From assembly GCF_964355755.1 (NCBI RefSeq), contig NC_092677.1, positions 15,584,101-15,648,100 on the forward strand: a stretch of 64,000 bases of DNA. The letters run 5' to 3'. The position numbers and the translations under genes were made by a program. Numbering within the stretch: the first letter of the stretch is position 1; every line of letters starts with the position of its first letter. Source of the DNA: Antedon mediterranea (lineage: Eukaryota > Animalia > Echinodermata). Under the pieces are notes generated by a model that searched no databases, had not been told where the DNA came from, and saw only the letters and a list, made by a program, of their open reading frames with translations. Positions 48,401 to 61,500 of this stretch are shown one piece after another.

Positions 48401-51400
48401 TGAGCACACGATATGAGACAAGGGCTTACAAGGCTACAACAGTGTCCTAAAGAAAAAAGTTCTAGAGCATATGATATGAGATGGAAACTTGCAAGGCTAC
48501 AACAGTGTCCTAGTAGAAAAAAAAGTCATAGAGCATATGATATGACAAGAGGGCTTACAAGGTTACAACAGTGTCCTAGTGGAACAAAAAAAGTCCTAGA
48601 GCATGATATGAGAAGAGGGCTTACAAGGCTACAACAGTGTCCTAGTAGAAAAAAAAGTCATAGAGCATATGATATGACAAGAGGGCTTATAAGGCTACAA
48701 CAGTGTCCTAGTGGAACAAAAAAAGTCCTAGAGCATGATATGAGAAGAGGGCTTACAAGGCTACAACAGTGTCCTAGTAGAAAAAAAAATCCTAGAGCAT
48801 ATGATATGAGACGAGGACTTGCAAGGCTATGACAGTGTCCTAGTAGAGGAAAAAAATCTTAGAGCATCTGATATGAGACGAGGGCTTGCATGGCTATGAC
48901 AGTGTCCTAGTAGGGGATGAAATAAAATGAGATCTTAATAGATTTGTAAATAGCAGCATTTATGCTTCATTATTAGAAGATCTTTTAACAGAACTCATGA
49001 CTGTAACCAAACATCTTTACGTTACTTTTGTTCAACACAGAAAAAGTATATGTTTGCATTTGTGCTTCAATTCAATTGAGTCTTTTTATTCAAGCTATAC
49101 ATTACTTTAAAAACTTTAATTTAAAAGTTAAAATGGTGTACCTGCGTTGAGGAATAACCTCCAATTTCACTTCGTTGTCTAGTCAACCATTTTGAAATTG
49201 AAACTCCTCCCAAAGTATCGTCACGTGCCAGATAGGTGAGAAGACCGTAACCTGTCATTTCGACATCAGATGAGGGCGGTTTTCCATATGGTCGAATCCA
49301 GATATCTCCATTCGACTCATCATCATCTGTGTTTTTATCTTGGCGACGCCAGTATTTCATTCCGCCTTTAAAAATATCAATGGTAAAATGTGAAAAGATG
49401 AATGTTGAAAGACACATGATTTCGTTTTTTCAATGAAAAGGTGACAGGAGAGAAAATGAAAGGAGGCAGTGAACGGAGCAGGATGTTTATGAATAGTAAT
49501 GCAAGAAATTATCTTTTGTGGATGCCAGGCCTTTGTAATCGAATCCTCATTACCAAAAAAGAAAGGATTTCTCCTATGGAGTAGTGAATGTGTTCAAAAA
49601 TAAAATGTTGTCATTCAGAAATAAAGTGAACTGTTGTTGTTTATATGCCCGTCACATTTAGGTTATAGCCAACTTTTTCTATTCACAATACAGTACCTTC
49701 AACAATGGCAAGAGCTTCTAATGCAGTGAGGAAAGTGTCACGCTCTGCATGTCCACTCAAAGTTAGGGCATATGTGGTGATAGCCAAGATATAGGGATCC
49801 TTGTTGAAAGTATAGAACTGGCCTACAATATAGGCATTAGCCTTATCCAAAGATCTGGTAAGTCCATCTAAAGTTGCCTGAAAAAAAAGTAAAGTATAAG
49901 TGAACAAGTAAGCAGTCAGAGGAAAAAAGGTTTCCTACTTTCTAGGATTTTTATCGGATAATCTATATTGTTTTGACAACACTTGACCACAGTGCTGATT
50001 TTGCCATTTTTCCTCTACCTGTTGTACAGTAATAACAATTGTTAAACAGAAAGAGCGGCCATGTTGAATATAGGCCCTCTATTTGTGGATAGTGAATATT
50101 ATATAAATATTCTAACCTGTTTTAAACCACGACCATTCTTAGCTTCTTGTATTGCAACCACCACATATGCAGTAAGTGTTACAGGCCCTGATACTCCTCC
50201 CTGAAAATCAAACAAATTATTTTTTTAAGCACAATTACAAAAATGCTCCAATTTTATTAATTTCACTCAAATTACACAAACCAAAACTAAAGTGAGCAAA
50301 ATGAGTTAAAATGGTTTTTACAGTAAATTATTATTAGGAGTAAAAGCAGAATCATAAATGTTTCGAATATATACATTTTCTCTCTAAGAACATTTATTAG
50401 TAAAAGTAATTGGCAAAAAAATTTAACGACACACGATGCGTAAATTAACCAATCAAATAGCAAGAATAAAATCAGGTGTGTATAACATACCGTATGTCTC
50501 ATAACATACTGGAAAACATAACCAAATTACTATCGTCTAACCTGCATATCTCTGTGGCATATCTTGCCTGGTTCCATGAATGATCCATCAGTATTCTGCT
50601 GTTCTAACAACCAAGTGATTCCCATCTCAACAACTTTGTTGTCTACAAAAATATAGTCCTGGGCCTGAACGAATGATTTAATGACAAAGGCTGTCAGCCA
50701 TGTACTTCCAGAAGGATCACTATTCCCAAAAGCACTGAAAGATCCATCAACATGCTTGTAGTCAAGTTCTCTCTGGTAGCCTAGAAAGAAAGTGCACTGT
50801 AGTTAATAAAGGAAAATAAGGCAACGATAACGATACATCTTTGTACTGTTATGCCCTTTCTCTGGTTCTGAAAGAAAGTGCTACTGCTACTAAGGGAAAT
50901 GAAATGATCGAAATATCCATTTTTGTGCTGCTATGCGATCTGTCTCTGGAAGCCTAGAAAGAAAGTAGAAACTGCCATTGCAGGGAATAACACATCGAAT
51001 GATCCATTTTTTTTGTTGCTATGCGATCTGTCTCTGGTTGCCCAGAAAGAAAGTAGTAACTGCCATTGAAGGGAATAAGACACTAAAAGATTTATTTTTG
51101 TGCTGCTATGCAAGCCTTCTCTGACAGAAAGAAAGTGCCGCTATTAAAGGGGAATAAGACACTGAAAGATCCATGAAAGTTCTCTATTCGCAAGTTCTCT
51201 CTCTCTACTGACTACATGTTAATTTTAGGCAAACTTGACCCATGCATCATTAAATCAAATAGGAAAAACCAACATACTGTAGAAATGAAATTGTGATTTA
51301 CCAATTTTCATGAAATCGAGTGCCTTTTTCTTGATTTCTGGATTGTTCTGATTTGTGTTCGTAAGATAATCATAAATGAAGACATCTGGAGCAAAGCCTA

Positions 51401-54400
51401 TCATATTCTGCTCACCACATCCAGAGGGCATCCGCAAGAGTTCATCCAATCCACTCATTGTTGGTCCCATTATATCCCCTAAAAGTGAAAGTCAAAATAC
51501 TGGTATAATGGCAAAGGATTAGATTGGCCTGATTTATATGCAGGCACAGGCAAACTGGTGCTTCAAAAAGGACATTAAGCCATTAGTGTGTATAAATAGA
51601 TATGTACACCTGAAATTAACATAATCTGTTAAATAGTAAATTTTCTTTTGGATGATCCATAAGAAAATTTACTATTTAATATACTATACAGTGATCCAGA
51701 TGAACCTTTTTACTAATGAACATAATCTGTTTGGCAGAGCTAGGTTCATTTAGAGCCACGAACAATGGATTGAAAATAAAACTGTACGAAAGGGTAAAGT
51801 AAATATTCTTTTTTTATAGGGAACTTAACAATAATTTAGAAGAAATGACACACCTGTTGTGGCCAACTTTACATAAACAGATCCATCAATCAAACCATTC
51901 GGAGGAAGATCAATCAGAAATGAATTTGTAAAACTGTTGTCGCTTTCAGTTAAATCAATCAAGTCTGCATTTGTGTAAAATTCAGTGACACCCTCAGGCT
52001 GAATGTAAGAAATACATATTATCAACAAACATGTAAAACATATGGTGTGGTGCAGCAAGGGATATCATACTAGCATTTGAGAGGCACAGGATCAAGACCT
52101 ATTTCATAAATCCATATTTCTTAAATCCGTAAGCTCTGTCTAAACTATCAAACTTATGTGATGTGCCCATACATGGACACGATGACATCATATCACTACT
52201 ATATTTTGGCACATCACACTTTTTGTTGTCAAATTTAATTGGCTGCTGGTGAAGAATTTGATTTAATTTCTCAAACTATAATAAATAAACAAACAAAAAT
52301 TACCTCTACCAGGAGCTGTCTTATAACGCTATCCCTGCCATTTGTGGATTGTGCCGTCACCTGAATATCCATTAATTTCAAGTTCTTTGGGATGATGGCA
52401 TATGACACTGACACACCCTCACCAGCTGGAATATTGGCTTTCACAACCTGCAAAAAGCAAAAATACAACAAAATAAAAATTATAGTTTCCAGAATGTTTT
52501 AAAAGTTACATTTGTAAATTGATCTTGTTTGGTTCTCGAAATCTGTATCTTCCACAATAAACATAAAATACTTAAAATTTCTGACAAAAACTTTAATACT
52601 GAACCCATCTATATGGCAAAGCCTAATTTAATCATAAAGATAATGTGTTTAAAGTCAGAAAGTGTAGGTCTACCATACATTATTAGAATAAGCCAAAGTC
52701 TCCAGATAATCACAGGAGCTTCCAAAAATTGTTGAGTCAAACTTTTGTCTTCCGTTCATTATTTAGACTCTACTATACTACTAGACAATAGATTTCCAGA
52801 CTACAGTAGAAACAGAAATGCTTAAAATTTTTAATAGCATTTTTTTTTTGTTAATGTCTTTTTTGTCCAATTTATAGTGCCCTCTCTTGTTTTGAACATG
52901 CTTTCTTAAATTCTCAAATTTACTCTTTTCAAGTTAAGCCCTCTGTTATTTACATAAACAAATGTGAATAATAAGACTGACCTGGTCCTTACTGACATAG
53001 ACTTCTGTCACTTTATCATCAATGCTGTTACCACCTGTGTGAAACTCAATGTTATCAAAGTCTTCAGACTTGTGAAGTTTTATCTCAGCCTAAAATAAAT
53101 GACCAAATATTTTTAAATTATATACTTACCACAACCAATGTTGTGCTTATGTTAAGGTAGAAGTCGACTGTTCGGATTTTCTAGCCACTTCAACTCAACT
53201 CAAAAAGCCCCTATTGCAGATATAATTTTATTTATTTTATTTTCAATCTTTCTACATAGCAAAAAAACAAACATATAAGTATAACAGGAGAGTAGAGTAA
53301 GTAAGTAGTAAATGAATTACTTACAGTAATGTCCATAGTTTGATAGTTAAATACCAGGATCTCTAATGCCAAGTTTTCACCACGGATCACAGAATACGGA
53401 AGATTCATGGACACGAAAAAAGGTTTGAATACTGTGACCTAGAAGCAAAAACATACAGATTCAATTCTAAAGCGACAATCATGTTTATCGATCATTTAAT
53501 AAACCATTGGCTAAATCTACAGTATAAACATAAGCAACGATGCTCATAAAACAGGATAACTAAAAACAGTGTACCATATGCCATATATCCTCAGGTATAA
53601 TCCCACTTCATGTTTAATCCCACTCACTACTTTATTTCTGATTTCACAAACAAGCATATCCCCCCAGAGTATGTAGTTATAGTCCCAGTATTGATTTTTG
53701 GTCTGGATAAGTCCTCTCTCTAGTCAGTTCAGTTCAGAGATGAGTTTGCTTACCAATCATTTTTTCCTGAACCAGGGTTTTCCCGGGTATAGTCCCACCC
53801 TCAAAGTCAGCCCAATTTTGTGTTCCAGGAGGGTGAGAAGAAGAAGAAATATACGGTAGTAGTAACATATTCATATCTAAACATACGAACCATTGATGTG
53901 GTTGGAACAATTCCCAGACCAGTAGAGCTTGACAAAGCAAATGCACTGCCAACCCACGAAGTGATTGTATCTGGAACAGTAGTCTCAATTGAAAGCATAC
54001 CATCAACACTATTGTTAGAAGAGATGGAGTCATATTTTGGGTAACAAAAATAAAACAAAATAAATTTGATGTTCAGATTTATGCAATCCAAATGGCTTTT
54101 TAACATATTTAGAACTACCTTTCTATGCAATTTTTTTAATTAATTGACTTTTTTTTTAAATTTCGACAACTATTATAATTGAACAATTAAATGTATAGCA
54201 CTATATGTAATGATATATGGTTCAACAATACAAAACATCATTATACAAGTATGATAAGTTTGTATTAAAATAAATGCATACAGGTTAGTACTACACAAGT
54301 TTCATTTGAAAATTGATATTTTGTTTCATTTTCTGGCAAAAAAACGGTTGGTTTACTGCTAGTGAAAGCTATACAGATAATTTAGTTTTATGTACATAAT

Positions 54401-55475
54401 GTAAAGATGAGTAAAAAAATGAAAATCAACAGAAGGCATACCCAACAGTAGCTTCCATCCACAGCCATGTCTCTGGAAATTCAGTGCGTACAGCAGAATC
54501 GGCATCATTGGTATTTGGAAGTGTTTCTTGAACTGCTTCATCAGCAAAGCCTGGGTCGAACGCAACATCTGCTTCAATCCATCCACGTCCAGGAACACCA
54601 GCAGGAACAGCATAAGCACGATAATCTAAATTTGATGATAAATTCATATTTCACACAATTATTGAATTAGGGCCTTTTCAGAGCAACAGGTTATGCTTTC
54701 ATATTGCACGCATTGTATGACCCCATAGGTCAAACCAATGAAAAATTCTTTATTTATTTATACATTATTTTCAAATGTAAACAAATCTTGAGAAATTTGC
54801 TCTTTAGAAGGAGTGGGATTGTGAACCACACTACATACACTTATAAAATTCATTTTAAACAAATTTATGTATAGCTTTAAAGACATGGTACTTTTAAAGC
54901 ACTAAATTAAAGCACAGCATTTTCATAACTTACTATAAAATGGATAATCATATTCTTCTGGTATTTCAGCATCAGTCAAAACAATCACTCCAGAATTCTA
55001 AAAAGAAAGTCTCATAACTATAAACTGTATATATAAATCCAAAGGAAAATTACTGAAAAAAATTACAATGATGTGTGCTGTACATATATATATATATATA
55101 AACACAACAGGCATAGAAATAAATTCCAAACCGCCCGGTGATACACTGAAAATTATTTAATTAATTTTTGAAACGATAAAGATGAGGAAATCTGTGAGAA
55201 TGAGAAAAAGTCGCCCCAACCGAGACTCGAACTCGGACCGTCTGCTTGATATGCAGTTGCCCTAACCATTAGACCACTGAGGCTTTCATGGTATTGTTCT
55301 TTAACTCGATCGGATAACGACCCTTTAACATTCTCGGCGTGGTACGGTTGGAACACAACTAGTCCTCAGTTGTACGCACGCGCACCAGAGATCAAATTGA
55401 TACGCCCTCATCTATAATTCAGTATATTTATTCACTGAGCGGGATCTCGAGAGATACTTTTATATATATATAAAC

Positions 55476-55506
<31 letters not shown>

Positions 55507-58500
55507 ATATATATATATACACACAAGAGGCAAAGAACATTAATTCTAAACCGCCCGGTGATATACTGAAATTTAATTAATTAATTTGAAACGATAAAGA
55601 TGAGGAAATCTGTGAGAATGAGAAAAAGTCGCCCCAACCGAGACTCGAACTCGGACCGCCTGCTTGATATGCAGATGTCCTAACCATTAGACCACTGGGG
55701 CTTTCATGGTATTGTTCGAACTCGATTGGATAACGACTCTTTAACATTCTCGGCGTGGTACGGCGGAACAGCACTAGTCCTCAGTTGTACGCACGCGCAA
55801 CAGAGATCAAATTGATACGCCCTCATCTTTCAGTATTTTTATTCACGAGGCGGGATCTCCGAAGAGATACTTTTATATATATAAACACAAGAGGCAAAGA
55901 ACATTAATTCTAAACCGCCCGGTGATATACTGAAATTTAATTAATTAATTTGAAACGATAAAGATGAGGAAATCTGTGAGAATGAGAAAAAGTCGCCCCA
56001 ACCGAGACTCGAACTCGGACCGCCTGCTTGATATGCAGATGTCCTAACCATTAGACCACTGGGGCTTTCATGGTATTGTTCGAACTCGATTGGATAACGA
56101 CTCTTTAACATTCTCGGCGTGGTACGGCGGAACAGCACTAGTCCTCAGTTGTACGCACGCGCAACAGAGAACAAATTGATACGCCCTCATCTTTCAGTAT
56201 TTTTATTCACGAGGCGGGATCTCCGAAGAGATACTTTTATATATATAAACACAAGAGGCAAAGAACATTAATTCTAAACCGCCCGGTGATATACTGAAAT
56301 TTAATTAATTAATTTGAAATGATAAAGATGAGGAAATCTGTGAGAATGAGAAAAAGTATATATCTCATTTTTTATCTCAAAATTCTCTCGCAACACCGAC
56401 TTATTTTCCCTTGACCATTGTCGAGTCAACGTAACAAAAAATGGTTTCATTCAAAGATTATCCAAGCTTTTTAATTCAATTTCTATTATAAATAAGACTA
56501 TCGATATTTTTTTTGACACTTTGTCCAATTTTAAGTTTAAAATTCTTAAATCGATTTAAGTTTGCCATTTTGTATGTTTCATAATTTTTATTTTAATGTG
56601 CTTTAAATTCTATATTTACATCTTAAGAGTTTTAAGGCATCCTGTAATTGGCGATTTTTCGCTGCTGGATGTGGTTGAAATAAAATAAAATAAAATAAAA
56701 ATATATATATATATATATAGATTTAAAGATCTTTTTACATGACCAATTAGGCTGAATAGACAAAAGGCTGGGTTGAAGAAAGTTAGGCTGGGTGACAGTA
56801 CCTTAGGCTCTATCAATTTGACCGCCTTCTTGGCACCATGTTGGTATTGAATATTTACTTACATCAAATATTTCTGCAGCATAGCTTCCTTCTGTTGGGA
56901 ATGCACAGAACCATGGCAGCCTAAATCCTCCTCCAAATGGATCGACATCATCATTACCTTTGTTTGAACTGTCAAATGTTTCCAACTCTTCGATCACCTG
57001 AGGTAAAAAAAATGTTTGGATATGATATGTTGTGTAAAGCTCTGTCTACACTTTCAAACATTATGTGAAAAAAAAAGTGATGTGAACATATAATAAAATG
57101 GACATGATGATGTCATTCTACCATATTTGAATACATCACACTTTTGTAAATAGAGGCACATTCTACTACAGTGATTTTACTCCAATAATGCATGATCCTT
57201 GTTTGTTTAAAAAAAGTTTAACTTAAAAAAAAAACAAATACCAAATGCATTATAAATATTGTACACAAACTTAGTTACTGAAGTCACTGTAGTGGAATAA
57301 TGTTAGCATTTTACTCTAAAAATAAATCAAAATTAATGCTAATTGATCACCCATATAAAGATAATTAATTTAGAAGTAGTGCATTTTCACCTGATTGGAA
57401 CAAAAAATGATAAACTGAAAATGGACCAGAACTTCCAAAGCATAACTTGAGTTGCACATCTAGCTTGTGTGCACTTAAAAGTGCACACAAGCTAACATCT
57501 AGCTTGTGTGCACTTAAAAGTGCACACAAGCTAGATGTGTACCTCTGGATCTTCAGTGTTTTAGTCTTTATTCTTGAAGCGAGGGCTGATCTGCCACCAG
57601 AACTAATGGTCGAGAATTCTTGAACCAGATTGTTGTTTGCAGTGTCCCCGTTTTGACTACTCAGCCACTCAACGCTTTACAAAGAGAATAATTAAAATGC
57701 TGTCCTTACCTTCTGTTGAGTGATGTCATTTCCAGATTTCAAAAGTAGAACACTCTGATCAACAGCCAATAGATAGACTAGAGAGCTCCCTGTTGCTGCG
57801 ATGTCAACATTAATGTTATCACCAGGTTCAACAACATCACTACTGAATGACAGACTGACCTATGAATGGTCAATAAACATTATTTTTACTGTTTTCTGTA
57901 TGAAGTAACTTAAAGAAGTAATTGGACAAAACTCCTGCTTCAAACCAGTCATTCTTTCATACTGACAAAGAAATGGTATTGACCATAATTATGGACCAGA
58001 GAGTTTTATAGTAATTTCCAGATTTACAATTGTATCATTCTATTTCAATAATATTTGTTGTTACATATTTATAAAAGCAGATAAGTGACAATAGTTTTCA
58101 GGAAGTATATCATAAATTGATCCATTCAATTTACCAATGTAATAACAAAAGAGTGGAATGATGATTAAAATAAAAAAAAACGTTGTACTTGATTTTTAAA
58201 TGCACCATCTACATTAAAGTTTGACACATCAACAACAGTTTCATTGTCAGAACGAACGTAGTACGCAATCAACTTTGCTGTTGGCGCCATGTCAGCTGTG
58301 ATAGCAACATTCAATGTATTTTGAGTAGAAGTTAATCCAGACAGTGTTCCAGTTAGAACAATATTGCCTTTGGATAAAATCTATGCAAAAAAAGAAATAA
58401 AAATGTGTAAACCATTGACTGACACATCAACTTAATTATTTTAAAATTTAATTAAATAACATTTTACATGCATCTTATATTTACAGAATTAAACAAATTA

Positions 58501-61500
58501 TATTACATTTATATTCTCATTATATTTACATAAAGTTTACATTTATTGTTTTATTATTTATATTATATATTTATATTACAAACAGCATGCGTCTATGGAT
58601 TTAGAATAAGAGTTTTAAATATTGAAAATGATCTTCTTAGATTCCAATTTATATTTATATTAAATTCCTATCTATATTATAATTATGTTATTTATTATTA
58701 TCTATATTTCCATTAAATTTATATTGTATTTACGACATTATTCAAATATGCATATTAATAATTAAAACCAAGGATTAATGTTAACCATTGATGATGTCAT
58801 ACCATATAAACAATGTTAGGCGGCACTTCCGTTGACGTGATCGTAAATGTGGCATCTTCTCCTGCATTCAATCCAGAATTGGTTAAGATGATCTGAATGA
58901 ATGAATTGCTCGGTGATTCAACCGCATCAACATTAAAATCATCAACATACCCGCTTTCTTCCTCCATCGTGTAGTACCGTGCCTATTGGAGTGAATTATA
59001 ATTATTATTTACTCACATTTTTTGTTTTCATCACTTCTGGTAATCATCAAATTCATGATTGTACATTTCCTACTTTAACGAGTCAGTTTAAGTTTGAAAA
59101 TTGGAAGATTTTGTTAACTCAGCTATAAATGCAAAGACTATTACAATATAACCCTTCTTGGGACACCTGCTAACACTTTCCTATGAGGCAATGTATGTTT
59201 TATACGGCCTACACATATTCAGGTACACCACTATGGTTTTCAAGTAACAACTGAAGTTTCAATAGGAGTCCCCTTAACAGAGGTTCTACGGTACCTGTAT
59301 AGAAATTGATGATACATCATTTGAAAGGATGCTTGCATCAATTTGTGCAGTCACAACCCCAGTAGATGGAATTTCATAGTACACTTCAGAATTCCTTGAA
59401 TCATCATTGAAGGTATAACGGTCTTTGTAAGAGACAAGCAACGGCACACTCCTCTCTGCATCAGACAGAGGTGTTCCATCCTGTCTTGTAACCGAAATCT
59501 ATAAGAAAAAAACCTCAGAGTTGTGATGCATTCTGCAACTAGAACAATTTCAAAAGAAATGTATATTCTTATTGTTTTTTTTTTGTCTACAGAAACCCGA
59601 AATAAATACAAATATTTACATAAGCAGTGTACAGCAAAGTAGGTTTGAATGTCTTAGAATTTCCGTCCAAGATGTCCACTTTGACAGGCCTGTTAAAGTA
59701 CCCTGTTGAAGCTGTTGAGTTCTGTTCTTTTCCGGTTAGACTTTCTGTTACAATGGCAATGACATTGAAGTTTACTCCATCAGAAAGTCTCTCAAAATCA
59801 TCTAGAGGAACAGAGAATGATTTACTTCCATCAATCTAAAAATAAGTATATGAAAATCTGTCAATCAATGTTTGTAACTAGCATCTTTTGTAACTATTAA
59901 ATATGATTAGGTTCCTAAACAAGGAACCAGTCCTTACAACTAGGGACTGCTAACTTTTTTATTATGGTAGTACTAGAAATAAAACTGGTGGTACTTAAAA
60001 TGAAATTACAGGAAACTAAAATTCAACCTTTTTTTTAATCTGTCTGTATAACATACAGTTTGCTTTTCAAATTACAAATGACTTTAAAATGTTCTTTTAT
60101 TGAAACAGGTACATCACATACATTGTAATTTTTAAATTGTAAAGTCTTAATATTATCAACCATGATTTGGCTTATTTGAAATGTTTGTCTATTATTGCTT
60201 GTGTCATATGTATATTATAAGTATTGATTTTTTTAACAATGAGATCAATAAATACATGTGCATAACAATATGTACTTGAAAGACACTTAGTACAGTACCA
60301 ACATTCTCTATGTCTGAAAGAACTAATTTATTTCCAATTATACTAAGATATCATGTATTAACTTAATAATGCAACATAAAGCCTACCATAGAAACAAATG
60401 ATCTCTAGTGGGATTTAACCATCATAAGTCATTCCTCACATTCAAAATCTATTCTTTTTTATTAACAAACATTTCCTATTTCTACATTCTATACTACTTT
60501 TTCATATTCTACCATATGTTATATTTTCGATCTTCTCTACTATGTACGATACACTTTTATTTATAAGCATAGTACACTATTATACAACTCTGCATCACGC
60601 AAGCATTTCATTCTATTACGCACACGCACTAATATCGACCATAGAGTCTTTTAAACTAAAAACCATATGACGACAAGACATCCACCAGTTCAGTTCAAAA
60701 CCATTTTAAGGTAAATTTTTAATTAATTATTTTCTATCCACTCTACCATTTTCATATAAAGATACCATGGAACCACATCAGGTCAAGTTCAATATTGAAT
60801 ATCGAAACGTGGCAGGCTATAGGCGCTTGACCTTTGACAAGAACGCCTAAATTTATAATTTAAATCTACGATACTTAGTATTGTATATTCAGGAATAGCC
60901 GCTCCATAGTCTCTTTGCTTTTCTTCCTTCACTCAAAATTGTTTATACTAACAAACATTACTATTTATATGCCTAGGATAGTGTGTTATCATTATTGACA
61001 TAATTTCATTACACATCCACATTCAGTACAACTCTTCTTAACAAAATTTTTTCAATCTTCTATCAACTAAAAGTCGTAGTTAGTCATGTCTCGGGTCACA
61101 TTCTATGGTCATCGTACAGATAGGCTACTACATCAGCACTTCTATGAATGGATGACTAGTTGGTGACAAGAACGCTAGTTGGTCATACCCAGTAACGTTT
61201 TTATTTTACGATCATTCGGGAAACCACATCACGATGATATATTGCTGCTGGCAAACAATACTTCACTTATCATAATAAACTTTATTTCAGCAATATAAAA
61301 ACACATTAAGAAAACAACAGTACAATTGAAAGGCAACATCATTCAGAATCAGGAATAGAAACCAATAAGTTGAAATCATAATTATACAGAAATCTAGTAT
61401 GGCACATACACCTACCCTCTCCCAAAACACCATTGAAAAGTAAATAGTGGAGTACTAGTGTATCACAATCATGTGATAACTTTGCAAAACTTCTATGACT

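Larger units (their letters stand above)
55097..56357 (-). repeat. ~364-bp tandem repeat (3 full units and 1 partial), each full unit carrying a tRNA-like cloverleaf
   Basis: Units start ACACAA..GGCA after (TA)n tracts at about 55102, 55520, 55884 and 56248. Units 2 and 3 are almost identical. Confidence 0.92.

Noticed and set aside
48206-48912. CRISPR-like appearance of the 66-bp array, and the plus-strand 139-aa ORF at 48413-48832
   Set aside because: There are no unique spacers and no cas genes, the context is a eukaryotic intron, and the unit derives from the host exon boundary. The ORF is just the repeat read antisense.
55630-55701. Bona fide tRNA-Asp gene cluster
   Set aside because: The ATC anticodon and A32 are atypical and the whole 364-bp flank is repeated, so it is kept only as tRNA-like at low confidence.
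55153-56138. Three similar short minus-strand ORFs (…YHESPSGLMVR…)
   Set aside because: They are translations of the tRNA-like repeat unit, with no protein motif.
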